Source of the DNA: an uncultured candidatus Porisulfidus sp.
GTDB taxonomy: Bacteria > Pseudomonadota > Gammaproteobacteria > Poriferisulfidales > Poriferisulfidaceae
Length of the DNA stretch: 64,000 bases
Assembly (NCBI GenBank): GCA_965116025.1
Contig: OZ220480.1
Coordinates: 1,600,001-1,664,000, forward strand
Direction: 5' to 3'
Notes under the pieces: generated by a model
What the model was told of the DNA's origin: nothing
The model's database searches: none
Seen by the model: the letters and a program-made list of their open reading frames with translations, nothing else
Part shown: positions 9,691-20,537 of the stretch, in pieces
Position numbering within the stretch: position 1 is the stretch's first letter
Layout of the letters: every line of letters starts with the position of its first letter
Program-made: the position numbers and the translations under genes

Positions 9691-10385
9691 ACGGTGATGG
9701 AATCGAATCCGGCCGCGACCAGGCGTTCGCGATGAAAAACAGGTGAATCGCGTACCAGAACTTGTTCCAAGGCGGTTCGTTTCTGGCTGATTTCCAGCTC
9801 GCTGTAACCTTGGGCCCGCTTGAATCTCTCATGGCGCTTTCGCGTTCGAGACTCCACCGGCTCGTCAAAGCGGACCTTCTCGGTCAGAATCAGCGCTCCG
9901 CCCGGGCGCAGCGCGCTGGCGACGCGTCGCAACAGTGGCAAGCGGTCTTCTGGGGTCAGGAACTGCAGAGTCAAGTTCAGCACGATCACATCGGCGTCCC
10001 GTAGCTCCGCGTCGCGGATATCCGCGCATCGGTACCGCACGGGCGAGCCGGGGACGCGGGCGCAACGAGCGATCATGTCGGGCGACGAGTCGATCGCCAT
10101 GATCGGATGCTCGGGACCCATTCGCGCGCTCAGGGCGCGGGCCACCGCTCCCAGCGAGCAACCTAGATCGTAACAGGTTGCGCCCGCTCGCGCGTATTTC
10201 GCACCCAGCGTCGCGATGCCGTGGATCAGGCTGGCGTAGCCTGGCACCGATCGTTCAACCATATCCTGGAAGACGTTGGCGACTTCCGCGTTGAAACGAA
10301 ACCTCCTCGTGCCGTGAGGCGTGGCGTATAGCGAATCGGAAGCGCGCTCCGGGAATGCTGGATCAGGCGCTTGGCTTGAAATCAA
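9627..10385 (-). CDS. cmoA: Carboxy-S-adenosyl-L-methionine synthase
   Basis: F.F...VA.VF.DMV.RSVPGY, YDLGCSLG, NLTLQFL, GYSELEISQKRTALE, WFQC..F. Confidence 0.95.
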   Translation of the reverse strand: MISSQAPDPAFPERASDSLYATPHGTRRFRFNAEVANVFQDMVERSVPGYASLIHGIATLGAKYARAGATCYDLGCSLGAVARALSARMGPEHPIMAIDSSPDMIARCARVPGSPVRYRCADIRDAELRDADVIVLNLTLQFLTPEDRLPLLRRVASALRPGGALILTEKVRFDEPVESRTRKRHERFKRAQGYSELEISQKRTALEQVLVRDSPVFHRERLVAAGFDSITVWFQCLHFLSMLAIRRNAKPS

Positions 10386-10535
10386 TAGCTCCTCCAGATT
10401 CCTTCTCGCGGGTCCGTCTTGGTTTCCCGACGTGCGGGTTTTTTATTGATCTTCGCCGGAATCCGACGGGCACCGATAGATATTTGGCGCCAACTCCGAT
10501 TCGTTCGAGAAATAGTTCCCGGACTTGATCAAGGG

Positions 10536-11810
10536 TCACACGGAAAAAGCGGGAAGCTTTCGTGCCACCGTGACGTTTTTCAACGTCACGTATTTCGGTA
10601 GCCCGTCCTTGAATGGGGGTGGTTCCTCGCCTCGAATCAGTGGCTCTAGATAGGCGCGGCATGGGCCGGTGATGCGGTAGCCGTCCCGGCTGATGTAGCG
10701 GCGTGGCATCATCCGCTCGCGATTGGCGACCCGGGACAGGGCGACTTGCCCGATTTTCCAACGGTATGGGCGATCGGACGTGCGCACGATGGTCGGCATG
10801 ACCGCGGTCTGCCCGACCAGCGCGAACTGGACCGCGGCGCGCCCGACCGCGTAGGCTTGGTCCAAGTCGGTTTTCGAGGCGATGTGGCGAGCTGAGCGCT
10901 GCAGGTAGTCGGCCACCGCCCAGTGGTATTTGTAGCCCAGTTCCTGCCTGACCATCCGCGCGAGGATCGCGGCGTTCCCGCCGAGTTGCGCGTGTCCGAA
11001 CACGTCTCGGGTGCCGGCTTCGGCGAGAAACTCGCCGTCTTTGGCGCGCGTTCCCTCGGAAGCGATGATGGCGCAGAACCCGAAACGCTTCACGCAGTCA
11101 TCGACGCGGGCGAGAAAGGTCTTGGGGTCGAACGGGATTTCTGGGAACAGGATCAGGTGCGGAGGCTCGGCAGGCTGTCGCGAGGCCAGCCCGCCAGCCG
11201 CGGCGATCCAGCCCGCATGGCGTCCCATCACCTCCAGGATGAACACCTTGGTCGATGTGGCCGCCATGCAGGCGACATCCAGTCCCGCTTCGCGGATCGA
11301 GGTGGCGACGTATTTCGCGACCGATCCAAAGCCAGGGCAGTTGTCGGTGACCGGCAGATCGTTATCGACGGTCTTCGGTATCCCGACGCACTGGATCGGG
11401 TAGCCGAGCTGGCTGGCGAGCTGGGAGACCTTCCAGGCGGTATCCTGAGAGTCGCCGCCTCCGTTGTAGAAGAAATAGCCGATGTCGTGCGCGCCGAACA
11501 CCTTGATGAGGCGCTCGTACTGAGCGCGATTCTCCTTCAGCCCTTTGAGCTTATAGCGGCAGGAGCCGAACGCGGCGCCGGGAGTTTGGCGCAAGGCGGC
11601 GATGGTGTGGGCGCTTTCGCGATTGGTGTCGATCAAGTCCTCGGTCAAAGCCCCGATGATGCCGTTACGTCCGGCGTAAACTCGACCGATCCGCGACCCG
11701 TTCGCGCGGGCCGTCTCGATCACGCCGCAGGCCGAGGCGTTGATCACTGCCGTGGGCCCACCAGACTGGGCGTAAAAGGCGTTTCTCCTGTTAGCGCGTT
11801 TAGTTATCAC
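10536..11810 (-). CDS. pfp: 6-phosphofructokinase, pyrophosphate-dependent type
   Basis: QSGGPTAVIN, NGGGDS (Asp at the ATP/PPi discriminator position), PKTVDND (Lys), EVMGRHAGW. Confidence 0.9.
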   Translation of the reverse strand: MITKRANRRNAFYAQSGGPTAVINASACGVIETARANGSRIGRVYAGRNGIIGALTEDLIDTNRESAHTIAALRQTPGAAFGSCRYKLKGLKENRAQYERLIKVFGAHDIGYFFYNGGGDSQDTAWKVSQLASQLGYPIQCVGIPKTVDNDLPVTDNCPGFGSVAKYVATSIREAGLDVACMAATSTKVFILEVMGRHAGWIAAAGGLASRQPAEPPHLILFPEIPFDPKTFLARVDDCVKRFGFCAIIASEGTRAKDGEFLAEAGTRDVFGHAQLGGNAAILARMVRQELGYKYHWAVADYLQRSARHIASKTDLDQAYAVGRAAVQFALVGQTAVMPTIVRTSDRPYRWKIGQVALSRVANRERMMPRRYISRDGYRITGPCRAYLEPLIRGEEPPPFKDGLPKYVTLKNVTVARKLPAFSV

Positions 11811-12050
11811 GTTGATACTCTCCGTCGCCGTGTATTATAGAAAATCCGGTGAGGACAGTGGATTTCGTTCGACTTTATAGCTGAACACCGGGTCTCGGGT
11901 GCCTGATTTTAATCTGCCTCGGCATAGACTATTTGGCAAACATCACCAAATAATGAAGTTGTTCCCACATCCAAACTCGTATATCATTGATCCTTGGTAA
12001 CGCGGAACCCTGTGAAGCCCATCCACTTTTAGCCAGTGTAAGGAAGTACG

Positions 12051-13165
12051 TTGAACTTCGAATCGATAGACTCCCTCCAAAGGACGCTGTCCGATCAAGT
12101 GTTTCACTATGCCGCTGATCGGAAGAAGGCGGCGGGCAGGGCATTGGGAACGCTCGTTGAGATTGTGACTTACCATGCTCTCTGTGCGTGGAGACTCTCC
12201 AATCATATCGTGATTGAGCGCAGAGTGCCAGAGTTTGCGAATCCTGAAATCTCGCATAACGTCGAATTTTCCCTTCACCCAGTACTCGCCGAGCATCGCG
12301 TAGAAATCGCACCGTTATCCTTGCCAATAACAACGACAAAAGTGTTGCACGTCTGGCCACGTCTAGCGGAGCATACAATCAAGAAATCTCAACTTCTGAG
12401 TCAAGATTGGGTCAAGAGAAATTCGACTGTCCTCACGAAACCGAAGTTGGACCTATTGTCGCTAACATTGGAGCCTTGGACGTATCGCGATGCGCGCTCA
12501 CGATTTGCGAACTTTCTGCCGATCCGTTCGCGATAGTGGAATGTAAGCGAGTAGGTGTCGAAGAAGGGGTGAGAAAAGGTCCACAAACAATTGAAAAGGC
12601 TAAACAAGGCTCTTATGTCGCGCGTTCCGTTTCATCTCTGCAGAAAGTGAGATTGAGAAGCGGTCAATTCCAAGGTATTATTGAGCGAACCGATGGTCGG
12701 TTTCGTTCTGGGCCATACTTGGATGTGCAAAGAGAGATAATCGACACACTGTCGCCTTCTGAATTTCCAGGGTTCATTCTTACGATAGGGGTTGTGAGCA
12801 ATCATGGCAATTGGTTCACATCAGACAATCCGAATAAAGAGCTTCGCGTATTGGCCCAGTCTTACGATTGGTTGTTGTTCCTCACTGACCGCGGTTTAGC
12901 GATATTCATTGATGATCTTCTTCTAAATCCCACTGACGAGTTGAAACCAGCCCGCGCCGCTTTTCTCCAAAGCTACTCGGGTCAGAAGTCAACTAACAAA
13001 TTTACGAAGGTCCGCATGGATTCTGACGCGGACAAGATATTGCGGAAGTATTTTTCGCGACATGGATCTGAAATTGATGAAGAATGGTTCAATGTCATAT
13101 CGCCAGAGAATGGTGCGCTTCACTCGTTGAGAGCGGATTTGGGAACTCTTGCTAGCCGTGGCTGA
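12051..13165 (+). pseudogene. Putative type II restriction endonuclease split by a frameshift near 12435
   Basis: ORF 12051-12536 and ORF 12407-13165 join as ..NSTVL/xETEVGPIVANI.. if one base is restored. PD-(D/E)xK-like AIVECKR motif; lies directly upstream of an MTase; lower GC than the flanks. Confidence 0.65.
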
Positions 13166-13796
13166 TCGTGCAGGAGCGACACAAATGACCGCGGGTCGAA
13201 GCAATGCGGAATCGGTGAGCCAACACTGGTGCACTCCACCAAAATACGTAAATGCCATTCGGGAGTTCTTTGGCGGCCAAATCGCGCTGGACCCTTGCTC
13301 GAACGAGTATTCAATCGTGGATGCCGCTGTTGAGTATCGTCTGCCCCACTCTGATGGCTTGGCGCAACCATGGGATGCGCCGACGGTGTTCGTTAATCCG
13401 CCTTACGGGCGAGACAGAAGGAGGGGAACTGGAATCCTAGATTGGCTTAGAAAATGCAGCGAGGCGCGCTCGCGGCATGATGCTGAAGTGCTCGCGCTCG
13501 TGCCCGTAGCGACAAACACACGGCATTGGAAGAGTTTCGTCTTCGGCGCCGCTGACGGAGTCGCCTTCCTGTACGACACGCGGCTTAGATTTCTTGAAAA
13601 CGGAAGAAATTCGGGAAAAGGTGCCCCGATGTCGTGCGCGATGGTCTATTGGGGGCCAAGATACGAGCGTTTTGAGGGAGTGTTCATCCGCTTTGGCGCG
13701 GTGGTCGATCTTCGACATTTGCGAGGCAAATCCATTGGAGTGGACCGGCGCCTTCCGTTATTCGAGTCCAACGACCGTCATGTTCCCCTTCATTAA
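13149..13796 (+). CDS. DNA N6-adenine methyltransferase, phage Dam-like (start may be 13158 or 13185)
   Basis: WCTP, IALDPCS, VFVNPPYG, LVPVATNTRHW, RLRF. Confidence 0.85.
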   Translation: MLAVADRAGATQMTAGRSNAESVSQHWCTPPKYVNAIREFFGGQIALDPCSNEYSIVDAAVEYRLPHSDGLAQPWDAPTVFVNPPYGRDRRRGTGILDWLRKCSEARSRHDAEVLALVPVATNTRHWKSFVFGAADGVAFLYDTRLRFLENGRNSGKGAPMSCAMVYWGPRYERFEGVFIRFGAVVDLRHLRGKSIGVDRRLPLFESNDRHVPLH

Positions 13797-13851
13797 AAAA
13801 CTCGGATATCGGGAGATTTTGATTTTCGCGCGCGCTCCACGCGGTATGCCG

Positions 13852-15030
13852 CTACAACTGACGAAGTTCGTCCGACACGGCCATCGGTGACGGATAGTGC
13901 ATGACTATCCAGTATGAGGAGATGATGAAAGTGAACAGGGTGGTGGTCTGGATGATGTAGGAAGCGTTTTCGCTAATGACCCCGCCAGCCAGCGCGAGCA
14001 CCGCGATGAGCAACGAGAATTCGCTGACGTTCGCTAGGCGCACGCCGACCTCGTGGGCGCGTCCCGGTTTCTCGCCCGCCCGACGTAGCAAGACGCGGAA
14101 CAGCCAAGGCTTGGAGATCATCGCGAACGCGGTCAGCAACGTCGCTGGAACCACCACGTCCGGAAGCACTTTCCAATCGTATCCCGCGCCGATGGCGAAG
14201 AAGAAGATGACCAGGAAGAAGTCACGCAGCGGCTTGAGCACTTCCGCTACGAATTTCGCGATTGGGCTCGACGCCACGGCGACCCCGGCAATGAACGCGC
14301 CAGTTTCTTCGGACAGGCCCAGCACGGCGGCGAGCTCCGCGACGCCCAGGCACCACCCGATGACTAGCAGGAAGATGTACTCCTGAATCTGGTCGAAGCG
14401 GGCGAACAACGGGGTGAGCACGTAGCGCTGGAACAGAAGCGCGAACCCGGCGAGCAGGGGCAGGCTCATTAGCACGAGGAGAATCTCCCAAGCCCCTGCC
14501 GCGCCAGCGCTTCCGCCAGCGGACTGCAACTCGATAAGGATCAGGATGATGATGGCGAGCAGGTCCTGCAGAAGCAGGATGCTGATCATTAGCTCGCCCG
14601 TGATTTGGTGATGCAGGATGGTGGTTGGCAGAAGCTTCAGACCGATGATGGTGCTGGAGAACATCATGGCGGCGCCGACGAAGACCGAATCGAGAAGGGC
14701 CAGGCCCAGCGCGTAGCAGATCGCGCCGCCGCCGACACCGAAGAACCCCGAGGTGGCGGCGGTGATCACCGCGGTCTTGCGAAACAAGTGAAGCAACTTC
14801 TGCGGCTCGAGGTTGAGGCCCAGCAGGAACAGAAGGAACATGATGCCGATGTGCGATACGCTCTCGATCATCCGCGTGTCCGACACCAGTCCCGCGCCAA
14901 ACGGCCCGACGATCAGGCCCAGCAAAATGTACGCGATCAGCATCGTCTGCCGCGCGAACAGGGAGATGGTGGCCAGAACGGCCGCGCCTGTGAAGATCAG
15001 GAAAATCGTGAAAACGACGTCGGTGGCCAA
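13852..15030 (-). CDS. Cation:proton antiporter, CPA2/Kef family membrane domain
   Basis: Multiple TM helices; GIMFLLFLLGL, FSSTIIGLKLL, LLLQDL, GAFIAG, LRDFFL..FF, SEFS; TTG start after GGGAGG. Confidence 0.9.
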   Translation of the reverse strand: MATDVVFTIFLIFTGAAVLATISLFARQTMLIAYILLGLIVGPFGAGLVSDTRMIESVSHIGIMFLLFLLGLNLEPQKLLHLFRKTAVITAATSGFFGVGGGAICYALGLALLDSVFVGAAMMFSSTIIGLKLLPTTILHHQITGELMISILLLQDLLAIIILILIELQSAGGSAGAAGAWEILLVLMSLPLLAGFALLFQRYVLTPLFARFDQIQEYIFLLVIGWCLGVAELAAVLGLSEETGAFIAGVAVASSPIAKFVAEVLKPLRDFFLVIFFFAIGAGYDWKVLPDVVVPATLLTAFAMISKPWLFRVLLRRAGEKPGRAHEVGVRLANVSEFSLLIAVLALAGGVISENASYIIQTTTLFTFIISSYWIVMHYPSPMAVSDELRQL

Positions 15031-15360
15031 GGGTCTCCCTCCCCAGTTGGCGATCACGGGCATTTTAGCAGTAGGGCGAGAATGAAGGTTGCGTCTCGGC
15101 GCGAATGGTCGCGCGGTTTGACGGGCCTTCGGCATACGCCATACAATTGAACGACCCTTGCCAGAAAGATTCGCCATGCCCCGCGCGCGTGACCGTCAAG
15201 CCAGAGCCGATCTGCCGCGAAACTTGTTTACCGTGCCTTACGATCTTCTTGGCCGAGCGCTGTTCGCGCGAGTTACGGGCTGCGCCCGCGCTTTGAACGA
15301 AGCGCTTTCAGGCCGTTATGGCGCCGCGTCTCACGTGGGCGCGTGGGAGGCGCGCCACTA

Positions 15361-16539
15361 ATGCGAAGGTTCTATTCTGGAAGAAATTTCCACCGGGCCT
15401 GCTCGATTGAGGAGTTGCGGGAAATCGCTCGTCGACGCGTGCCGTATTTCGCGATGGAGTATGTTGACGGGGGCGCGGAGGATGAGGTTTCCTTATATCG
15501 CAACCGGGAAGTCTTGCGCTCCATCCAGTTCGTGCCGAACGTGCTGGTGGACACCAGTGGGCGCCATCAGCGGATTCGCTTGTTCGGTCGCGAATCTGAT
15601 TCTCCCCTCGCCATTTGTCCCACCGGACTCAATGGCATGTTGCGCCGCGATGCCGACGTGGCGTTGGCTCGGGCGGCGGAGAAGCACGGCATTCCGTTCT
15701 GTCTAGGGACCCTCTCGACCACCAGTCTGGAACGGGTCGCGCGCGAGGCGCATGGCCGTCTGTGGATGCAACTGTACGTTATGAATCGGCGCGAGATCAC
15801 GCAAAACATTCTGAGTCGCGCGCAAGACGCGGGCTACGAAGCGCTGGTGTTCACCGTGGACTCCAACATCTTCGGAAACCGGGAGTGGAACCGCCGCAGC
15901 TATCGCGCGCCAGCGAGACTGACCTCGCGCAATCTACTGGATGTCGCACGGCACCCTCACTGGATCTGGAACGCGCTCGTCCCTCGCGGAATTCCCCGTT
16001 TCGAGAATATCGTCGAGTTCATGCCACCGGAAGCGCGGAGCGCGAACGCGGGGGTGGCCATTGTGACGAAGCTGTTCGCGCCCGACATTACTTGGAAGGA
16101 TGTGGAGTGGTTGCGCGAGAAGTGGCCTCGCAAACTCATCCTCAAGGGCATTCTCTCTCCGGCGGACGCGCTCCGCGCCGTCGAGGCGGGGTGCGACGGT
16201 ATCGTCGTCAGCAACCACGGAGGAAGGCAGCTGGACGGTAGCGTCTCGTCCATAGAGGCGCTTCCCGGCATCGTGGAGGCGGTTGGCGAGAAAATCACTA
16301 TCCTCGTGGACAGTGGCTTCCGGCGCGGCACGGATGTCGTGAAGGCGCTGGCGCTAGGCGCGGACGCGGTCATGGTCGGTCGCGCGACGCTGTTTGGGTT
16401 GGCGGCTGGCGGGGAGGCCGGAGTCGGCCATGCGCTCTCGATTCTCGCCGAAGAGATCGATCGCGCTCTGGGTCAGCTGGGTTGCCGCTCGATCTCCGAC
16501 CTTGGGCCCCATCTTCTGAAATGCCCGTTCGACGCATGA
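15361..16539 (+). CDS. FMN-dependent alpha-hydroxy-acid dehydrogenase (LldD/MdlB family)
   Basis: YVDGGAEDE, WMQLY, TVD, LKGI, SNHGGRQLD, DSGFRRGTDVVKALALGA. Confidence 0.93.
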   Translation: MRRFYSGRNFHRACSIEELREIARRRVPYFAMEYVDGGAEDEVSLYRNREVLRSIQFVPNVLVDTSGRHQRIRLFGRESDSPLAICPTGLNGMLRRDADVALARAAEKHGIPFCLGTLSTTSLERVAREAHGRLWMQLYVMNRREITQNILSRAQDAGYEALVFTVDSNIFGNREWNRRSYRAPARLTSRNLLDVARHPHWIWNALVPRGIPRFENIVEFMPPEARSANAGVAIVTKLFAPDITWKDVEWLREKWPRKLILKGILSPADALRAVEAGCDGIVVSNHGGRQLDGSVSSIEALPGIVEAVGEKITILVDSGFRRGTDVVKALALGADAVMVGRATLFGLAAGGEAGVGHALSILAEEIDRALGQLGCRSISDLGPHLLKCPFDA

Positions 16540-16547
16540 GGAGCGGA

Positions 16548-17108
16548 ATGCGCGTCGATCTTGAAAGCGGAGTGTTGCGCGAAGCGCGTCAGGTGGTCTC
16601 GCCAAACCGCGACGAACGGCCGGAAGACTGTGGAATCGATTTGGTGGTGATCCACGGCATTAGCCTCCCTCCGGGAGAATTCGGCACGGATTGCATCGAA
16701 AGGTTGTTCACGAACTCGCTGGACCCGAATGCTCACCCGTATTTCGAGAAGATCATAGAATTGCGCGTGTCGGCGCACCTGTTGATTCGGCGCGATGGAG
16801 AGGTGGTGCAGTTCGTGCCGTTTCGCGAACGCGCTTGGCACGCCGGGGAATCCCGCTTCGAGGGGCGTGATCGATGCAACGATTTCTCGATCGGGATCGA
16901 GCTGGAAGGTACCGATGATCTGCCGTACGAAGCGCCGCAGATCGAGCGTCTTCGCGAAGTCGTTCGCGCGCTGTTCCAGGCGTACCCGGGGCTAGGCCCG
17001 GAGCGAGTGGTCGGGCACTGCGATATCGCGCCGGGACGGAAGACCGATCCAGGGCCGCATTTCGACTGGACAGGATTCCGGGATTCGTTGGCGGGGTCGA
17101 ATGGTTAG
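16548..17108 (+). CDS. ampD: 1,6-anhydro-N-acetylmuramyl-L-alanine amidase
   Basis: [62 protein letters not shown]. Confidence 0.96.
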   Translation: MRVDLESGVLREARQVVSPNRDERPEDCGIDLVVIHGISLPPGEFGTDCIERLFTNSLDPNAHPYFEKIIELRVSAHLLIRRDGEVVQFVPFRERAWHAGESRFEGRDRCNDFSIGIELEGTDDLPYEAPQIERLREVVRALFQAYPGLGPERVVGHCDIAPGRKTDPGPHFDWTGFRDSLAGSNG

Positions 17109-17503
17109 CTGGCGCGCGGCTTCAGCGACAAGGCGATGGAGTTGATGCAGTAGCGTAAGCCGCCAGGCGGTGGGCCATCCGGGAAAACATGGCCAAGATG
17201 CGCGTCGCAGCGCGCGCAAAGGACTTCTGTGCGGGTCATGCCAATGCTGGAATCGACTCTCTCTTCCAAATACCGCTCCTCGGCAGGCTTGGTGAAGCTT
17301 GGCCAGCCCGTTCCCGAGTCGAATTTGTCTTTCGCGTCGAACAGAGGCTGTCCGCAACAGACGCACAGGTACACGCCGTCTTTCTCGCAATTCCAGTAAT
17401 CTCCATGGAACGGGGGCTCGGTGCCCTTGCGGCGACACACGGCAAATTGCTCGGCACTCAGTCGAGACCGCCATTCGGAATCGCTACGCGACAGTTTCTC
17501 CAC
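17105..17503 (-). CDS. msrB: Peptide-methionine (R)-S-oxide reductase
   Basis: [52 protein letters not shown]; GTG start at 17503. Confidence 0.96.
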   Translation of the reverse strand: MEKLSRSDSEWRSRLSAEQFAVCRRKGTEPPFHGDYWNCEKDGVYLCVCCGQPLFDAKDKFDSGTGWPSFTKPAEERYLEERVDSSIGMTRTEVLCARCDAHLGHVFPDGPPPGGLRYCINSIALSLKPRAS

Positions 17504-17510
17504 GCGTGCG

Positions 17511-18137
17511 CTATGCCGGACGGTTCGGGTCGGTCTCGCTATTCCTTTTTGACGCGCGCTCACGTGCGATGGCCTCCAAAAGCGGAAATGGGCTTTCCTC
17601 GAAAGGAGGCTCAAGAGGCCATGTTAGCCGGATGCTGGTCGCCAATAAATTTTCCCGTTGATAAGCGGAATAACCGCGATGCCTTGATCTCGGCAGGTCT
17701 TCGTTTCGAATAAACGCGAAACGCCATTTTTGGCCGAACTCAAACAGGCTTACCGCCAAGATGTCGAACTTTCCTGGCAACAGGCAAGTCGTTTCCATCA
17801 CGCTTCCGTCTGGAAGCGTGACCTTCCGGCGGTCACTCGCGTCCACTTGGCATCGTCCAACGTATCCTCCATTATCGCGCCTCACGGAATTCGTCTGCAA
17901 GGATTTCACCTCGACGCTTATTTCTTCTCCTTGATACTCGAAGCTGAAATCGGCCGGTCTGGTTCTATCGTGATCGTCGTATCGGCGCAATTTGTGGATG
18001 CGCGCATCTGAAAAGATGCCACGTTGCAGCTTGTACTCTGACACAAATCCTATTAGGGGTCCGCGCGCGCTTGGGCGTTCGGAGAGAATCGCGTTGAGGT
18101 CTTCGAGAGACAGCCCCCAGTCATCGATTATTCCCAT
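17511..18137 (-). CDS. Putative PD-(D/E)xK restriction endonuclease
   Basis: PADFSF...VEVKS motif; overlaps the end of the upstream MTase. Confidence 0.7.
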   Translation of the reverse strand: MGIIDDWGLSLEDLNAILSERPSARGPLIGFVSEYKLQRGIFSDARIHKLRRYDDHDRTRPADFSFEYQGEEISVEVKSLQTNSVRRDNGGYVGRCQVDASDRRKVTLPDGSVMETTCLLPGKFDILAVSLFEFGQKWRFAFIRNEDLPRSRHRGYSAYQRENLLATSIRLTWPLEPPFEESPFPLLEAIARERASKRNSETDPNRPA

Positions 18138-18874
18138 TTTCTCTTTTTCTCGAAAACAAGGAAATAGGAGTGATTCTTTCGTGCGTGGACTTGTTTCAGG
18201 ATGCGGCTGACCGCTGGGCGGTTCGCGCGCACCGCCACGAAAAGGTCCTTCGCGTAAAAGCCATTTTCCGTGTAGGCGTTAATGATCTCGACATGCGTCA
18301 GCCACTGCTGGTTCGCGCTCACTTCATCTTGGCACTTCACGATGGCGACACCTTTCTGGCGAAGCACGCGAGAGGCTTCTTTACCCGCCTGGATATACAT
18401 ATTAATAACGGCGGCATGGTATTTCTTCGATTCGGATTTCGCCTCGCGATTGCCAGAGTAATATTTTCGAAACGCTTGGTAGTTTCCGGCTCCGGCTAGC
18501 GACGCGTTCGCGTTTCGGTAAAAGCCCTCCATATACGGCGGATCCAGCACTACGCAATCGAACGTCTCATCGCCATACGGAAGCATCCGGCAATCGACTT
18601 TGGTCGCTATGTCTGACGCGATGACGTGGTACGCGTTCTTGTCCACGAGCTTCCAGAAAACGCCTTTTCCGTATGTGACATCGGCCACTGTCGCGCCACG
18701 GGGCACATGGAGATCAAGAATTTGCGGGAAAATCTCGGCGTTTCCCGCGACGCGCGCGCTCACGACCAAGTCGCTCGTGACCACTCCTGAAGGGGCCTTG
18801 CGTTTCACGCCATTGGGCTGACCTCGCTGACTATGCTCAGCCTTTTTCGTCGCGTCCGCGCCTAGAATGGGCAT
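18128..18874 (-). CDS. Amino (N6-A/N4-C) DNA methyltransferase
   Basis: SAM-binding-like [12 protein letters not shown] followed by catalytic VVLDPPY. Confidence 0.82.
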   Translation of the reverse strand: MPILGADATKKAEHSQRGQPNGVKRKAPSGVVTSDLVVSARVAGNAEIFPQILDLHVPRGATVADVTYGKGVFWKLVDKNAYHVIASDIATKVDCRMLPYGDETFDCVVLDPPYMEGFYRNANASLAGAGNYQAFRKYYSGNREAKSESKKYHAAVINMYIQAGKEASRVLRQKGVAIVKCQDEVSANQQWLTHVEIINAYTENGFYAKDLFVAVRANRPAVSRILKQVHARKNHSYFLVFEKKRKWE

Positions 18875-19166
18875 GGTGAGATTATATCACTCGGTCGCCG
18901 TCACGCCTCGACGCGATGACTTCAAAGGTGTCTTGAGCGACGATTTGATTGACGGATTGAGCGTTTGAATGTAATTAAATAACATATGATTCATGTAAGT
19001 ATTGATGGCTGACGTGGTCTGGGTAAGGCTCGCCCATCGACTCGAAATAGCTTGAGGAAGCGCATCGGTGCCTGGATATGTGTATATAAGAAAGCGTCTA
19101 ATATAGAAATTATTGGCATTTTGTGCCAAAATATGGCTCATACATCCACTAGAGATAGAGTTCTCT

Positions 19167-20537
19167 ATGCTATTACGCTTTGGGGTTTCCAACCACCGCT
19201 CCATTCGCGACTATCAGGAGTTGCATTTGAGCGCGTCCAAACGCATCAAGCGTAAAGGGCTGGCTATCCCCGTCCCGACGCTGAAGGAGGACGCGGTTCC
19301 CGTCGTCGCGCTCTACGGAGGCAACGCGACAGGAAAATCGAATCTAATTAATGCGATGCGCGAGATTCAACAAGCGATTCTTCAGTCTCATAAATCGCTA
19401 AGTGCCACTGATCAAATTCCTTGGGCCCCGTTCCGGTTTGCCGATTCGGATAGCGCGAAGCCGACGCGGTTCGACTGCACATTCGCGGTAGTTGAAGAAG
19501 CTATGGAGCAAAGCTCGCGCGCGCGCGAAAGCGTGTATGAATATGGTTTCGAGTATGTGGACATGGAGTTTCGGCGCGAGTGGCTGTATCGGATAGTGCG
19601 CAATGAACGACAAAGCACCCAGGTACTGTTCGAACGCGAGACCGAGGATGGCGAGATGCGTGTGAGTTTTGGCGGTCAACTCCGAGGCAAGAACAGGGCG
19701 ATCGCCAACCTGACTCGGCCAAACAGCCTGTTGCTGTCCGCCGGCGCTCAGAACAATCATCCGCTACTGACGGAACTGTATCGCTATTTTTCCGAGCGGT
19801 GGGAGGTTATTCCGAATTCGGGAGCTATGGATGGCACTTCTGTCGCGAGGCGTCTGTCCGACTATGAGCATATGGAGCGATTGCTCTCGCTGGTTCGCCA
19901 AGCCGATATCGGGATAGTTGACATTGATGTCGAAGACGAGGAAGTCAAGGATGATCATGCAGAATTCGCGCGCGACCTCGCTTCCTTGCTTTCCAAGCAT
20001 TCTAATCGACGGAGTAAACATGACCAGCTCGAAGCGTCGTTGGCCCATAAAATGTTGCGCAGGAAGCGGCTGCGCTTCCTGCATTCAACAGCGGAGAATC
20101 GTGTTGGGGCTCTCGGATATTCAATGGAAAGCAAGGGAACGCGCTCTCTGATTTCGCTTCTTATTCCAACGCTGGAAGCGCTTTCCCGCGGATCGCTTCT
20201 CGTGATCGACGAACTGGATACCAGTCTTCATCCGAATCTGGCGCGGGCGTTTGTCTCGCTTTTCGCGAAGAGATACTCCAACCCGCATGGCGCGCAATTG
20301 GTTTTTTCCACTCATGACGTTACGTTGCTCAGTAGCGGCATCCTGAATCCGGACGAGGTCTGGATGGTTGACAAGAATAGCATGGGAGAATCCCGGTTTA
20401 CGCCATTGACCGAGTTCAAATTGCGCTCGCGTGACGATATCGAGAAGGCGTATCGACTGGGACGGTTCGGAGGCGTTCCGTTTGGCGATGATTTTTTCAT
20501 CAATTTCCGCGATGATCGGGTTTTGGCGGAGTCATGA
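19167..20537 (+). CDS. AAA_21/RloA-like (AbiLi-like) ATPase
   Basis: MLLRF.V.N.RSI start, Walker A YGGNATGKSN, ESKGT signature, Walker B LVIDELD.SLHP, QLVFSTH, Y..GRFGGVP. Confidence 0.9.
   Translation: MLLRFGVSNHRSIRDYQELHLSASKRIKRKGLAIPVPTLKEDAVPVVALYGGNATGKSNLINAMREIQQAILQSHKSLSATDQIPWAPFRFADSDSAKPTRFDCTFAVVEEAMEQSSRARESVYEYGFEYVDMEFRREWLYRIVRNERQSTQVLFERETEDGEMRVSFGGQLRGKNRAIANLTRPNSLLLSAGAQNNHPLLTELYRYFSERWEVIPNSGAMDGTSVARRLSDYEHMERLLSLVRQADIGIVDIDVEDEEVKDDHAEFARDLASLLSKHSNRRSKHDQLEASLAHKMLRRKRLRFLHSTAENRVGALGYSMESKGTRSLISLLIPTLEALSRGSLLVIDELDTSLHPNLARAFVSLFAKRYSNPHGAQLVFSTHDVTLLSSGILNPDEVWMVDKNSMGESRFTPLTEFKLRSRDDIEKAYRLGRFGGVPFGDDFFINFRDDRVLAES

Noticed and set aside
12400-12540. Programmed ribosomal frameshift in the split endonuclease
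   Set aside because: No X-XXY-YYZ slippery heptamer or homopolymer tract at the junction; a simple 1-bp deletion or sequencing error is more parsimonious.
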